A program made the translations under genes and the position numbers. A stretch of 64,000 nt of DNA from an uncultured Candidatus Saccharibacteria bacterium (GTDB lineage Bacteria > Patescibacteriota > Minisyncoccia > Phycocordibacterales > UBA9973): assembly GCA_964645245.1 (NCBI GenBank), contig CAZYBS010000001.1, forward strand, positions 526-64,525. The letters are read 5' to 3'. A model generated the notes under the pieces. The model saw only the letters and a program-made list of their open reading frames with translations. It was not told where the DNA came from and made no database searches. The number at the start of each line of letters is the position of its first letter. Position 1 is the stretch's first letter. Below, piece after piece: positions 48,995 through 57,539 of this stretch.

Positions 48995-49875
48995 TTACTT
49001 ACTAAAAGAAAATGTTACATTTTCGCCATTTGATTTCATAATTATAGTGCCAAGTAAGTCGGTCCTAAAAATCTTGACACCAAATTGAGTTAAGATATTT
49101 AATGTTTCTTGGTGCGGATGACCGTATTTATTATCTTTGCCATCTGAAATAACTGCATAAATTGGAGAAACAGCTTTTATAAATTCGTAAGATGTGGAAG
49201 TACGCGAACCATGATGCCCAACTTTTAAAATAGTGCTAGTAAGTTTGTCTTTAAAATTTTCTCCAAGAATTATATTTTCTGTTTTCGTTGTAGCATCACC
49301 AGTGAGCATCACGGATGTCTTTCCATAGATAAGCTTGGCCATAACTGAACCATCATTGCTCGCCCAAGTTGCTACATCTCTGTCCGGAAACAAAATATCA
49401 ATCGCTGCTCCACCTCCAATATTTAGTCGCATTCCTTTTTTGGCTAAAATGTCAGGTATATTTTTGTTTTTTATTTCTGTTTTAAGGTTTTGATAAGTTT
49501 TAGAATCGGTCTGGGTGCCAGACTCAAAAACTCTATCCACTTTGTACACTTTCAAAACATCCAAAAAACCGCCAACGTGGTCTTGGTCTGGATTAGTGAT
49601 GATAATTGCGTCTATCCTTCTGTCAAAGGCGGGCATGACGCGCGCAGCTGGCTTAGTATCCTCCTAGGCGGTCCGCCATCCACTAATATCTGCGTTCCAG
49701 TCGGCGACTCTATAAAAAGAGCATCTCCTTGACCAATATCCAACATGGCAAAAGTGAGTTTTGGGTGGGAATCTTGAAAGTCCTGATAGAAAATGGAAAT
49801 AACTGCGAGTAAAAGCAAAAAGACTAAAATAAACAAGCCATATTTTTGAACATACTGCTTGATATTTTTAAACAT
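48995..49875 (-). pseudogene. ComEC-type metallo-beta-lactamase domain gene, frameshifted (two overlapping ORFs 49612-49875 and 48995-49636)
   Basis: upstream ORF ends ...DALFIESPTGTQILVDGGPP; downstream ORF begins ...RRIDAIIITNPDQDHVGG (HxHxDH region). One domain is split across two frames near 49640-49680. Confidence 0.5.
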
Positions 49876-49893
49876 GTTATAATACTAGCACGT

Positions 49894-50508
49894 ATGAAAT
49901 TTGAAGAAATGAAATTTAATATTAGCGAGCTGAAAGGTATCTCCGCTAAAAATATAGAAGAGCATTTGAAACTCTACGCCGGTTATGTAAAAAATACCAA
50001 TCTAATCGTTGAAAAAATAGGTGAATATATGGCTGACTCGGAGAAGAATGCTTATGTCATCGGAGAACTACAAAGAAGATTCGGCTTTGAGTTTAATGGT
50101 ATACGCAACCATGAATATTATTTCAAATCTCTAGAGGACGGGGCAAGACCGCTACCAGTAAATTCGAAATTGAGAAAGGCTATAGAAAAATTTACCCCGT
50201 CAACGGCGGGGCAAGCACCGTCTTTTGATTTATGGCTCTCCGGCTTCAAGTTACTCGCAATGACTCGTGGAATCGGCTGGGCAGTACTTGGCTATGACAA
50301 ACAGACACAACAATTTGTACATATCTGGATAGACGAGCAGCATCTGGGACAGTTAAACGGAGTTGATTGGATTTTAGGAATTGATATGTGGGAACACGCT
50401 TATGTTTATGATTATCCAACTTCAGAAAAGAAAAAATATGTGGAAGCATTTTTTGAAAATCTCAATTGGGAAGTAATAGAAGAAAACTTTATAAAAGCAG
50501 AGCGTTAA
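49894..50508 (+). CDS. sodA: Fe/Mn superoxide dismutase
   Basis: C-terminal GIDMWEHAYV...NLNWEVIEENF matches the SOD DxWEHAYY metal-ligand region; start set at MKFEEMKF. Confidence 0.8.
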   Translation: MKFEEMKFNISELKGISAKNIEEHLKLYAGYVKNTNLIVEKIGEYMADSEKNAYVIGELQRRFGFEFNGIRNHEYYFKSLEDGARPLPVNSKLRKAIEKFTPSTAGQAPSFDLWLSGFKLLAMTRGIGWAVLGYDKQTQQFVHIWIDEQHLGQLNGVDWILGIDMWEHAYVYDYPTSEKKKYVEAFFENLNWEVIEENFIKAER

Positions 50509-50565
50509 GGAAAAATATAAAAATTTTCTTGCGGGCAATACAGTAGCCTCCCGCTACTAAAACTT

Positions 50566-52026
50566 TTATATTTCCCCTTCTAGTTTAAAAAAGCTTTTTA
50601 TGCTCCTGCCGAAAAGTCTATAAATAAAATATAAATAGACTAAAAGTGTCAAAAAAAGTGGAAAATCCGGAATGGATAACGAGGCAAATGGAATATTTGC
50701 GAAAAAACTAACGACTCCCAGCTCATAATGCAGCAGCAGATATGAAATATGGCCTAATGGTACAGCTAGTACATACCAAATAATTCCTAGAAAACTAGTC
50801 AGAAATCCCAGAAGCATTGTAAATGGAATAAAGGGAAGTATTAAAACATTTGCCGGCAATGCCACCAGTGACAAATTGCCCATTTTGTAAAGAATAAAAG
50901 GTAGGACAAAAATATATACTGCGCAAGTGACTGATATAATATCTCGCAACTTAAATTTGATGGTAACCCACCAGAAATATTTTTCAATTTTGGGCGCAAA
51001 GAAAATTATGGCAACAGTAGCAATAAAGGAAAGCTGAAAGGACACATCATAAACGAGAACAAACGGATTTAATAAAATCATAACAATACCAGCCAGGAGA
51101 AGTGCCCGCGCGACATCATAGTTTCGCCCAGTCGCGCGGGCCACAAGTACTAAAGTTGCCATTATTCCCGCTCTAAGTGCGGTAGAGCTTGCGCCGGTCA
51201 TTATGATAAATAAAAAGATTGCGAACATCCCCATTCCAATACCAAGATTCTTAGGAAGAAAGGCAAACAATTTCATAAACCATTCGGCAACTATTGTAAT
51301 GTTGTATCCGGACAAAGCGACAATATGTATCGTACCTGTGTCTATGAAACTTTTTCTTAAATCTTCACTAAACGCTGCCTTTTCGCCCAAGATGAGCCCA
51401 CCCATCAGCAAATTCTCTGGACTCCTGATGGCAAAATTAACTTTCTCTAAAAACTTACCTTTAATAGAAAATAAAAAACTTTTGATTTTATTGCCATTGC
51501 CTCGCGATACAATCTCAATGCTTGGATAATTCATCACATAAAAAACTCCGTCTTTCCTCAAGTAATTGACATAATCAAATTCTTTGCCCTGGTCGGTAAT
51601 AAAATTCTTCGGTTTCTCCAGTTTTCCTGAAAAACTAATCTCATCGCCATATCTATAATTATTTTCAGCATCGGTGGTAATTAAAATTTTGGTTTCTTTG
51701 GTTTGAATAATTAACTTTTGATTGTTCTCTCTTATGTCCGGTTCATCAACTATTTCACCAAACATTGAAATGGTCCGCAGTGCCGGCTTATCGGCAACAT
51801 GAAACCTGAAAATCCCTAGGCAAAATGCCAAAATAAAAATCGTCGATATTATATCCCAACGATACTTTAGTGAACTAAAGTTCTTTAGCAGACTAAAGTA
51901 AAGAATTAAGGCCCCAGTTAAGAGTAGGACCAGTAAAACTAAATACAAATTTACAAAAACAAAAGAGCGCAACAGCACCCCGAGAGCAAAACCGAAACAA
52001 GACAAATAAAAAATTCTATCTCGCAT
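50566..52026 (-). CDS. comEC: competence protein ComEC/Rec2, integral membrane DNA-channel domain only
   Basis: 486 aa, many TM helices, typical ComEC competence-domain segments (LRAGIMATLVLVARATGRNYDVARALLLAGIVMIL). Confidence 0.75.
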   Translation of the reverse strand: MRDRIFYLSCFGFALGVLLRSFVFVNLYLVLLVLLLTGALILYFSLLKNFSSLKYRWDIISTIFILAFCLGIFRFHVADKPALRTISMFGEIVDEPDIRENNQKLIIQTKETKILITTDAENNYRYGDEISFSGKLEKPKNFITDQGKEFDYVNYLRKDGVFYVMNYPSIEIVSRGNGNKIKSFLFSIKGKFLEKVNFAIRSPENLLMGGLILGEKAAFSEDLRKSFIDTGTIHIVALSGYNITIVAEWFMKLFAFLPKNLGIGMGMFAIFLFIIMTGASSTALRAGIMATLVLVARATGRNYDVARALLLAGIVMILLNPFVLVYDVSFQLSFIATVAIIFFAPKIEKYFWWVTIKFKLRDIISVTCAVYIFVLPFILYKMGNLSLVALPANVLILPFIPFTMLLGFLTSFLGIIWYVLAVPLGHISYLLLHYELGVVSFFANIPFASLSIPDFPLFLTLLVYLYFIYRLFGRSIKSFFKLEGEI

Positions 52027-52504
52027 CTTTTAACTTCACCGGCATAGCTTCCGCGAAACCGGTGGCAATTTCGTCCGCTCGGTCGTTGTATTTATCTTCA
52101 TTATGTCCTTTGACATAGGTCCATTTAGGATTAAGCTCTTTTGTAAGTGTATAGAGTTCTTCCCAAAGTTCACGATTAAGTACTGGCCTTTTGTTGGCAT
52201 TGCGCCAATTATTTTTCATCCAATTTTTTATCCATTCTGTAATCCCTAAAATCACATATTTTGAATCAGAAACAATTTCTATATGTCTCCTGTTTGAAAA
52301 TTTATTTTTTATATGCTTCAGCGCTTCTATGGGCGCAGTCAGCTCCATCTGGTTGTTCGTAGCATGCTCTACTTTGCCACCAATTTCAATGCGCCCTTGG
52401 CCGCCATAATTTTGCGGAAGCAAAATGACGGCGGCCCAGCCAGCGCTTCCCGGATTCCCCTTTGCCGCCCCGTCAGTATAAATTTTTATTGTATCTTTTG
52501 CCAT
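52016..52504 (-). CDS. rnhA: ribonuclease HI
   Basis: IYTDGAAKGNPGSAGWAAVI... with conserved D-E-D-D residues. Confidence 0.85.
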   Translation of the reverse strand: MAKDTIKIYTDGAAKGNPGSAGWAAVILLPQNYGGQGRIEIGGKVEHATNNQMELTAPIEALKHIKNKFSNRRHIEIVSDSKYVILGITEWIKNWMKNNWRNANKRPVLNRELWEELYTLTKELNPKWTYVKGHNEDKYNDRADEIATGFAEAMPVKLKDAR

Positions 52505-52506
52505 AA

Positions 52507-54231
52507 TTAAGAAATATCAACTACTCTTAATCTTAACTCTTCTTTGCCTCTAAATCTAGACAAATCAAAGGTGGCTAAAAGATCAACGTTCTTATCTTCA
52601 GTCAGGGGTATTTTAAAAGAATCGTGATTAGAAAAAAAAGAAATTGCTTTGGCTTTATGTTTATCGGCATCAGAAAAAATAATTTCTAAATGTTCGCCGG
52701 AGCCATTTTTGCCGAACTTTTTAATATTTTCTATTTTCACATTTTCAAAAAGAAAAATTGGTTTTGGATTGCCAAGACCAAAAGGCGCGAGTTTTTCCAT
52801 TTCACGCCAATTTTTCATATTTACATCAACTAAAGAAAGTTTTGCATCAAAACCGACCCCCTCCCCCCTCCCCCTTGTCAAGGGGGAGGTGCTGGAAGCA
52901 GAGGGGGTAATTTTCGCGTAAGAGATAGATAAGGCTTCTTCTAAGAAATGAATTTTCTCATTATGAACTGTGAATCCTCCAGCCAGTTCGTGCCCGCCGA
53001 AATCCAGGAAATATTCTCGGTTTTCTGTCATCAGCTCCACCACCGATACTGACCCATCACTCCGGCAAGAGCCTTTGATACAATCATTTTCGTCTTTTCC
53101 CCAGACAAAAACAGGTTTTTTGTACTGATCCGAAATTTTCCCAGCCACCAGACCCAATATTCCTACACGCCAATTGGGATTACCCATTACGATAACATCT
53201 CTGTGTTCACGCAAAGGACTCATGCTAAACTTTTTATTTACTTCGCGCATAATACCGGTTACAATAGTTTTTCTCTCATCATTGATTTTGGATAAATAGT
53301 CTGCCAAGACTCCGCCCCTGGCCTCATCATCCGTTGCTAGAAGCTCAAAAGCCCGCAGTGGGTCATCCATGCGGGAAGCGGCATTAAGGCGAGGAGTAAC
53401 CATAAAGCATATATCATCCTCCGACAAATATCTTTGGTCAATATTCATTTTGGCTAAAAGCTTTTGCAAACCCGGGCGAGGAGATTTTCTCAACACTTTC
53501 ATTCCAAAATACGAGATAGCTCTATTTTCTCCTGTTAGCGGAACCATGTCAGAAAGCGTGGCCAAGCCTGCCATATCCAGCATCCACTTCTCAGAGCCCA
53601 TTTTGATTTTAAAATATTCGCCATACTTTTTTACAAAAGCTTGCGCGAACTTAAAAACCACCCCTGCGCCACAGAGCCCGCCCGAATCGCTACGCGAAGC
53701 GTTGCGGGCGGGCATTTTCCCCGGATAACCATCCACTTTTGGGTTCAGAATAGCGTAAGCCCGCGGCAAAATTTCGGGTGGAATATGATGGTCGGTAATT
53801 ATTACATCAATGCCATCTACCTCGGCTTGAGCCACCTCCGCCACGGCCGTAATACCAAGATCAATGGTTATCAAAAGTTTTACTCCTTTTTCGCTAAATT
53901 GTTTTATCGCATCAAGATTGAGCCCGTATCCTTCAGAATTTCTTTGAGGTATATAAATTTCATAATTTTTGTAATTTATTTTTTTTAACAAATCCTGTAA
54001 AATCACCGCTCCCGGAATTCCATCGCAATCATAATCCGCGTAAATGACTATTTTTTCTTTATTCTCTATTGCTTCAAAAAGCCGGACACAAGCCTTCTCC
54101 ATATCTTTCATTAAAAATGGGTCATGCAAATCTCTTTCGTAATTTGGATTAAGAAAAGTCTCCGCTTGTGTTTCGTCAGTAATTCCCCTCTTTTCTAAAA
54201 GTGTCCTTAGTAATTCGCCGTACTTTTGCAT
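52507..54231 (-). CDS. recJ: single-stranded-DNA-specific exonuclease RecJ
   Basis: DHH motifs (ADYDCDGI, ITDHH), DHHA1 domain; start set at MQKYGELL because the upstream ORF extension translates a repeat hairpin; in-frame family-1 insertion at 52855-52908. Confidence 0.85.
   Translation of the reverse strand: MQKYGELLRTLLEKRGITDETQAETFLNPNYERDLHDPFLMKDMEKACVRLFEAIENKEKIVIYADYDCDGIPGAVILQDLLKKINYKNYEIYIPQRNSEGYGLNLDAIKQFSEKGVKLLITIDLGITAVAEVAQAEVDGIDVIITDHHIPPEILPRAYAILNPKVDGYPGKMPARNASRSDSGGLCGAGVVFKFAQAFVKKYGEYFKIKMGSEKWMLDMAGLATLSDMVPLTGENRAISYFGMKVLRKSPRPGLQKLLAKMNIDQRYLSEDDICFMVTPRLNAASRMDDPLRAFELLATDDEARGGVLADYLSKINDERKTIVTGIMREVNKKFSMSPLREHRDVIVMGNPNWRVGILGLVAGKISDQYKKPVFVWGKDENDCIKGSCRSDGSVSVVELMTENREYFLDFGGHELAGGFTVHNEKIHFLEEALSISYAKITPSASSTSPLTRGRGEGVGFDAKLSLVDVNMKNWREMEKLAPFGLGNPKPIFLFENVKIENIKKFGKNGSGEHLEIIFSDADKHKAKAISFFSNHDSFKIPLTEDKNVDLLATFDLSRFRGKEELRLRVVDIS
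52855..52908. repeat. family-1 GC palindrome in-frame in recJ
   Basis: ctcccccttgtcaagggggag plus flanking C/G runs; encodes TSPLTRGRGEGVG. Confidence 0.75.
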
Positions 54232-54260
54232 AAATGGAATTTTAGCATATAATAGAGTAA

Positions 54261-54322
54261 ATAGAACAAATTTTTTGAAGGCGACGTTGCGAAGCAGGAG
54301 TCTGAAAAAACTTTGTTCTATG
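54261..54322. other. hairpin element, copy 1: 16-bp stem enclosing a conserved 30-nt loop (candidate RNA motif or protein-binding cruciform)
   Basis: atagaacaaatttttt-gaaggcgacgttgcgaagcaggagtctg-aaaaaactttgttctat. Confidence 0.5.
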
Positions 54323-54685
54323 AAACAATTTATGGAAAACTGTATTTTCTGCAAAATTATAAAAAAAGAAATACCTTGTACGAAAGTTTACGAGGATGAA
54401 AACTTTTTGGCTTTTTTGGATATAAACCCAATGGGTCCGGGACACACTCAGGTAATACCGAAAAAGCATTACAGATGGGTCTGGGATGTTCCAAATGCTG
54501 GAGAATTTTTTGAAGTTGCTAAGAAAATAGCCTTGGCTCAAAAAAAAGCATTTAATGCGGATATCGTGCGTTCCCAGGTTTACGGTGAAGAAATATCTCA
54601 TGCCCACATCTGGGTCTGGCCGGAAGTTGCCGGCGATGAAAAAGATTTGGTCGGGAATGCGAAAAAAATTATTTCAGCATTTTAA
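54320..54685 (+). CDS. HIT-family nucleotide hydrolase
   Basis: histidine triad ISHAHIWVWP, N-terminal CIFCKII. Confidence 0.8.
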   Translation: MKQFMENCIFCKIIKKEIPCTKVYEDENFLAFLDINPMGPGHTQVIPKKHYRWVWDVPNAGEFFEVAKKIALAQKKAFNADIVRSQVYGEEISHAHIWVWPEVAGDEKDLVGNAKKIISAF

Positions 54686-54690
54686 AGTAA

Positions 54691-55944
54691 TTACTTCAAT
54701 ATCAACGGTGTAAGCGCCGGAAGCTCTTTGCCGGCTAAAAATTCTAAGGTAGCGCCGGCAGCGAGGCTCACGTGTGAATAATCATCTAAATTTCCATACC
54801 GGCGCGCTATAATGGTAGTGTCTCCTCCAGCAAGGATAGTTTGTCCCCCCAGATTTTTGCTGAGTTCTTTCATGGCAGTAAGTATCGCTTCTCCACCATT
54901 TGCAAACTTTTCATCTTCAAACTTTCCCATCGGACCGGCCAGAAAAACAGTTTTAGATTGCGCAATTATGTCCATAAAATTTTTGACTGTTTTAGGCCCA
55001 ATATCAAGCGCTGCCCATTGGTCTGGCACCCCTTCGGAAAAAATATTGATAATTTTTGTTGAAACTCCGTCAGAAATCACCACATCTTCTGGATACACAA
55101 TTTTATCTTTATATTTTTGCAATATTTCTTTCGCATACAAAACCCAGTCTTTCTTTTCACGTTTCTTTTCATCTACAAAGACGTCTTCAATGAAAGAATC
55201 CCCAAGTGCTCTGCCTTGCGCTTTCAGAAAAACACTCGCCACGGCGCCACCCACCAGGACTGTGTCGGCTATTTTTAATAAACTATTTACCGCGTCTACT
55301 TTGTCAGAAATTTTTGCCCCGCCAATAATAACAGTGAAGGGATGTCTCGGACTCTCCAGCAAAGTAGATAACATTTCAACTTCACTCTTCAAATAAAGGC
55401 CGGCCACGGCCTCCAGATGCCGTTCAATGCCGGTCGTGGAAGCATGAATTCTATGGGCTTGAGGAAAACCATCAAAAACAATCAGGTCTTTCCCGCGGCA
55501 GAGCTTTTGCGCGAAAATATCATCATCAATCATTTCTTCGCTATAAAACCGTACATTTTCAAGCATCAGGATATCTCCCGGCTGCATTTTAGCAACTCTG
55601 TCATCAACCTCTTTACCGATACAGTCGTCTACTTTCAGAACCAGATGATGCAAAAGCAGGGAAAGTCTTTGCGCATGAGGCGTGGTGCGAAGTTGTTCCA
55701 CGACATGACCGTCAGGACGCCCGACGTAAGTCAGAATAACGATTTTACAATTTTCTTTCAGGAGATATTGAAGCGTCGGAAGCGTTGCTTTTATGCGCAT
55801 ATCGTCAACAAGCTCCCAAACGCCATTTACTTCCCCGCCCGAACGACTGTTCAGTCGGGCGGGTTTCACATCAATATCATAAGGAGCGCGGTAAAGAATA
55901 GTTTTCTCTTTTAAGTCTATATTTTGTAATGTTTTAAGTTTCAT
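54691..55944 (-). CDS. pgk: phosphoglycerate kinase
   Basis: full-length PGK with conserved N- and C-domain motifs; in-frame family-2 insertion near N-terminus (KPARLNSRSGGE). Confidence 0.95.
   Translation of the reverse strand: MKLKTLQNIDLKEKTILYRAPYDIDVKPARLNSRSGGEVNGVWELVDDMRIKATLPTLQYLLKENCKIVILTYVGRPDGHVVEQLRTTPHAQRLSLLLHHLVLKVDDCIGKEVDDRVAKMQPGDILMLENVRFYSEEMIDDDIFAQKLCRGKDLIVFDGFPQAHRIHASTTGIERHLEAVAGLYLKSEVEMLSTLLESPRHPFTVIIGGAKISDKVDAVNSLLKIADTVLVGGAVASVFLKAQGRALGDSFIEDVFVDEKKREKKDWVLYAKEILQKYKDKIVYPEDVVISDGVSTKIINIFSEGVPDQWAALDIGPKTVKNFMDIIAQSKTVFLAGPMGKFEDEKFANGGEAILTAMKELSKNLGGQTILAGGDTTIIARRYGNLDDYSHVSLAAGATLEFLAGKELPALTPLILK
55834..55863. repeat. family-2 30-bp palindrome in-frame in pgk
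   Basis: cccgcccgaacgactgttcagtcgggcggg (identical 30-mer). Confidence 0.85.
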
Positions 55945-55963
55945 CTGTGTTTTTATAAAAATA

Positions 55964-56025
55964 GCAGGATAAAGTTTTTGAATGGCGACGTTGCGAAGCA
56001 GGAGTCTGAAAAAACTTTATCCTGC
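55964..56025. other. hairpin element, copy 2: different stem sequence, same loop
   Basis: gcaggataaagttttt-gaatggcgacgttgcgaagcaggagtctg-aaaaactttatcctgc; compensatory stem changes relative to copy 1. Confidence 0.5.
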
Positions 56026-56790
56026 TATATTTTCCGCTATTTTAATAATTTCCACGAATTTTTTCGCATCCAGGCTGGCGCGGCCGGGTAATAATCCATC
56101 GACACCCCCATTTTCCAAAAAATCCTCCGCATCTTTTTCATTGGCCGAACCGCCATAAATAACTCTGACTTTGGATGCTTCCAAGCCAAATTTATCAGAA
56201 AGAATTTTACGAATAAAGATAGCCATTTCCAGAGAATCAGCCGGAGTGGCATCTCGGCGATTAAGAGTACTGGAAATCGCCCAAATTGGCTCATAGGCGA
56301 TAATAATTTTTGAAATTGAATTTTTAGAAATCCCATTTAAGCATTCTCCAAGCTGAACTTTGACTAAGTTAAAATAACTGTGATTCTCATCACGCACATT
56401 TTCCCCGACGCAGACTATTGGTCTCAATCCGGCCGAAAGCGATGCCCTGATTTTTTTATTCACCTCGTTATTACTCTCTCCTAAGGCACGCCTCTCGGAG
56501 TGGCCCAAGATTACATATCTGGTGCCAATATTGTAGAGCATCTCTCCTGAAACTTCACCTGTAAAAGCACCCACCTCTCCCCAAAAAGCATCCTGCGCGC
56601 CCAAAGATATTTTTCTAGAGAATTTCTTTAACTTTTCCAAATAAATAAACGGGGGGCAAATTACGACTTCAGTTTTTCTTGCAGTTTTTTTAATACCAGA
56701 AATATACTTTGCCACATCACTAAACAATTTCTCCGCGTCTTTCAGAGATATGGGATTCATTTTCCAGTTGCCGATGATAATTTTCTTCAT
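56017..56790 (-). CDS. tpiA: triosephosphate isomerase
   Basis: KKIIIGNWKMN..., catalytic region AYEPIWAISS; start set at MKKIIIGNWK. Confidence 0.9.
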   Translation of the reverse strand: MKKIIIGNWKMNPISLKDAEKLFSDVAKYISGIKKTARKTEVVICPPFIYLEKLKKFSRKISLGAQDAFWGEVGAFTGEVSGEMLYNIGTRYVILGHSERRALGESNNEVNKKIRASLSAGLRPIVCVGENVRDENHSYFNLVKVQLGECLNGISKNSISKIIIAYEPIWAISSTLNRRDATPADSLEMAIFIRKILSDKFGLEASKVRVIYGGSANEKDAEDFLENGGVDGLLPGRASLDAKKFVEIIKIAENIAG

Positions 56791-56951
56791 ATTGTAAAAA
56801 GTATAGCATATTTGTTTACTGTTCAATAAAATGTATTTTGGAATCAAAAAACCACCGAGAGAGCAGAGTCTTCCCGATGGTCGCGACTGACGATATATTT
56901 TGACTTTGGCGGGCGGGGTGTCAGCAAACCCCCGCCCGAGTGCGACCGAGG

Positions 56952-57389
56952 CTATTTGACCGTTACAACCGCCGACACCTTGTGGTCCGGATCTAACGGA
57001 TGCCAGACTGTCACGATTGCAGTTCCAGGACCCACCGAGAACAATACAATCGTTTGATGGATTTGGTCCTGTCTACCAGACGAAAACGTGTCGACCGGCA
57101 TTGTGGATGTCGCCACAACGCTCGTGTTGTCGCTGGAAACTCTCAAGGAGTCGCCACCGATGTCGCCGCCATCTTGTCTGATTGCTGTCAGGCCGATGAA
57201 CCATCGCGCGCCGGCGAGGTTGTTGAGCTCCATATTGATGCTTGGAGGGAGTCCCGTCACGTCCACCCTCACGACCTTGGTAGCGGTCGGTGTCGGGCCG
57301 GTGGTGGGGCCGTCGCCGCAGGCGACAGTGGCGACGACGAGCGAGGCGAGAGCGATGAGCACGACGACGAGACAAGCCATCCTTTTCAT
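56952..57389 (-). CDS. putative lipoprotein encoded in a high-GC island
   Basis: MKRMACLVVVLIALASLVVATVAC signal plus Cys; surrounding 56860-57480 is ~58% GC versus ~40% window average. Confidence 0.4.
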   Translation of the reverse strand: MKRMACLVVVLIALASLVVATVACGDGPTTGPTPTATKVVRVDVTGLPPSINMELNNLAGARWFIGLTAIRQDGGDIGGDSLRVSSDNTSVVATSTMPVDTFSSGRQDQIHQTIVLFSVGPGTAIVTVWHPLDPDHKVSAVVTVK

Positions 57390-57539
57390 GGTTGAACTCC
57401 GATAAGTGTGTGATTGTGAGCGCGCAATGACCACCGTGGTCGAATCACGCGGGACGAGATGTCTTTTCGCAGTATACACCTTTTGACACATTTTGTCAAG
57501 CCAAAAAACCCGCCTATATTTAAGCTCTTTAGAGAAGCT

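Noticed and set aside
57000-57405. + strand ORFs (57000-57395, 57088-57405) in the high-GC island
   Set aside because: High GC keeps all frames open; only the minus-strand ORF has a signal peptide plus Cys and matches the orientation of the flanking operons. The coding strand remains uncertain.
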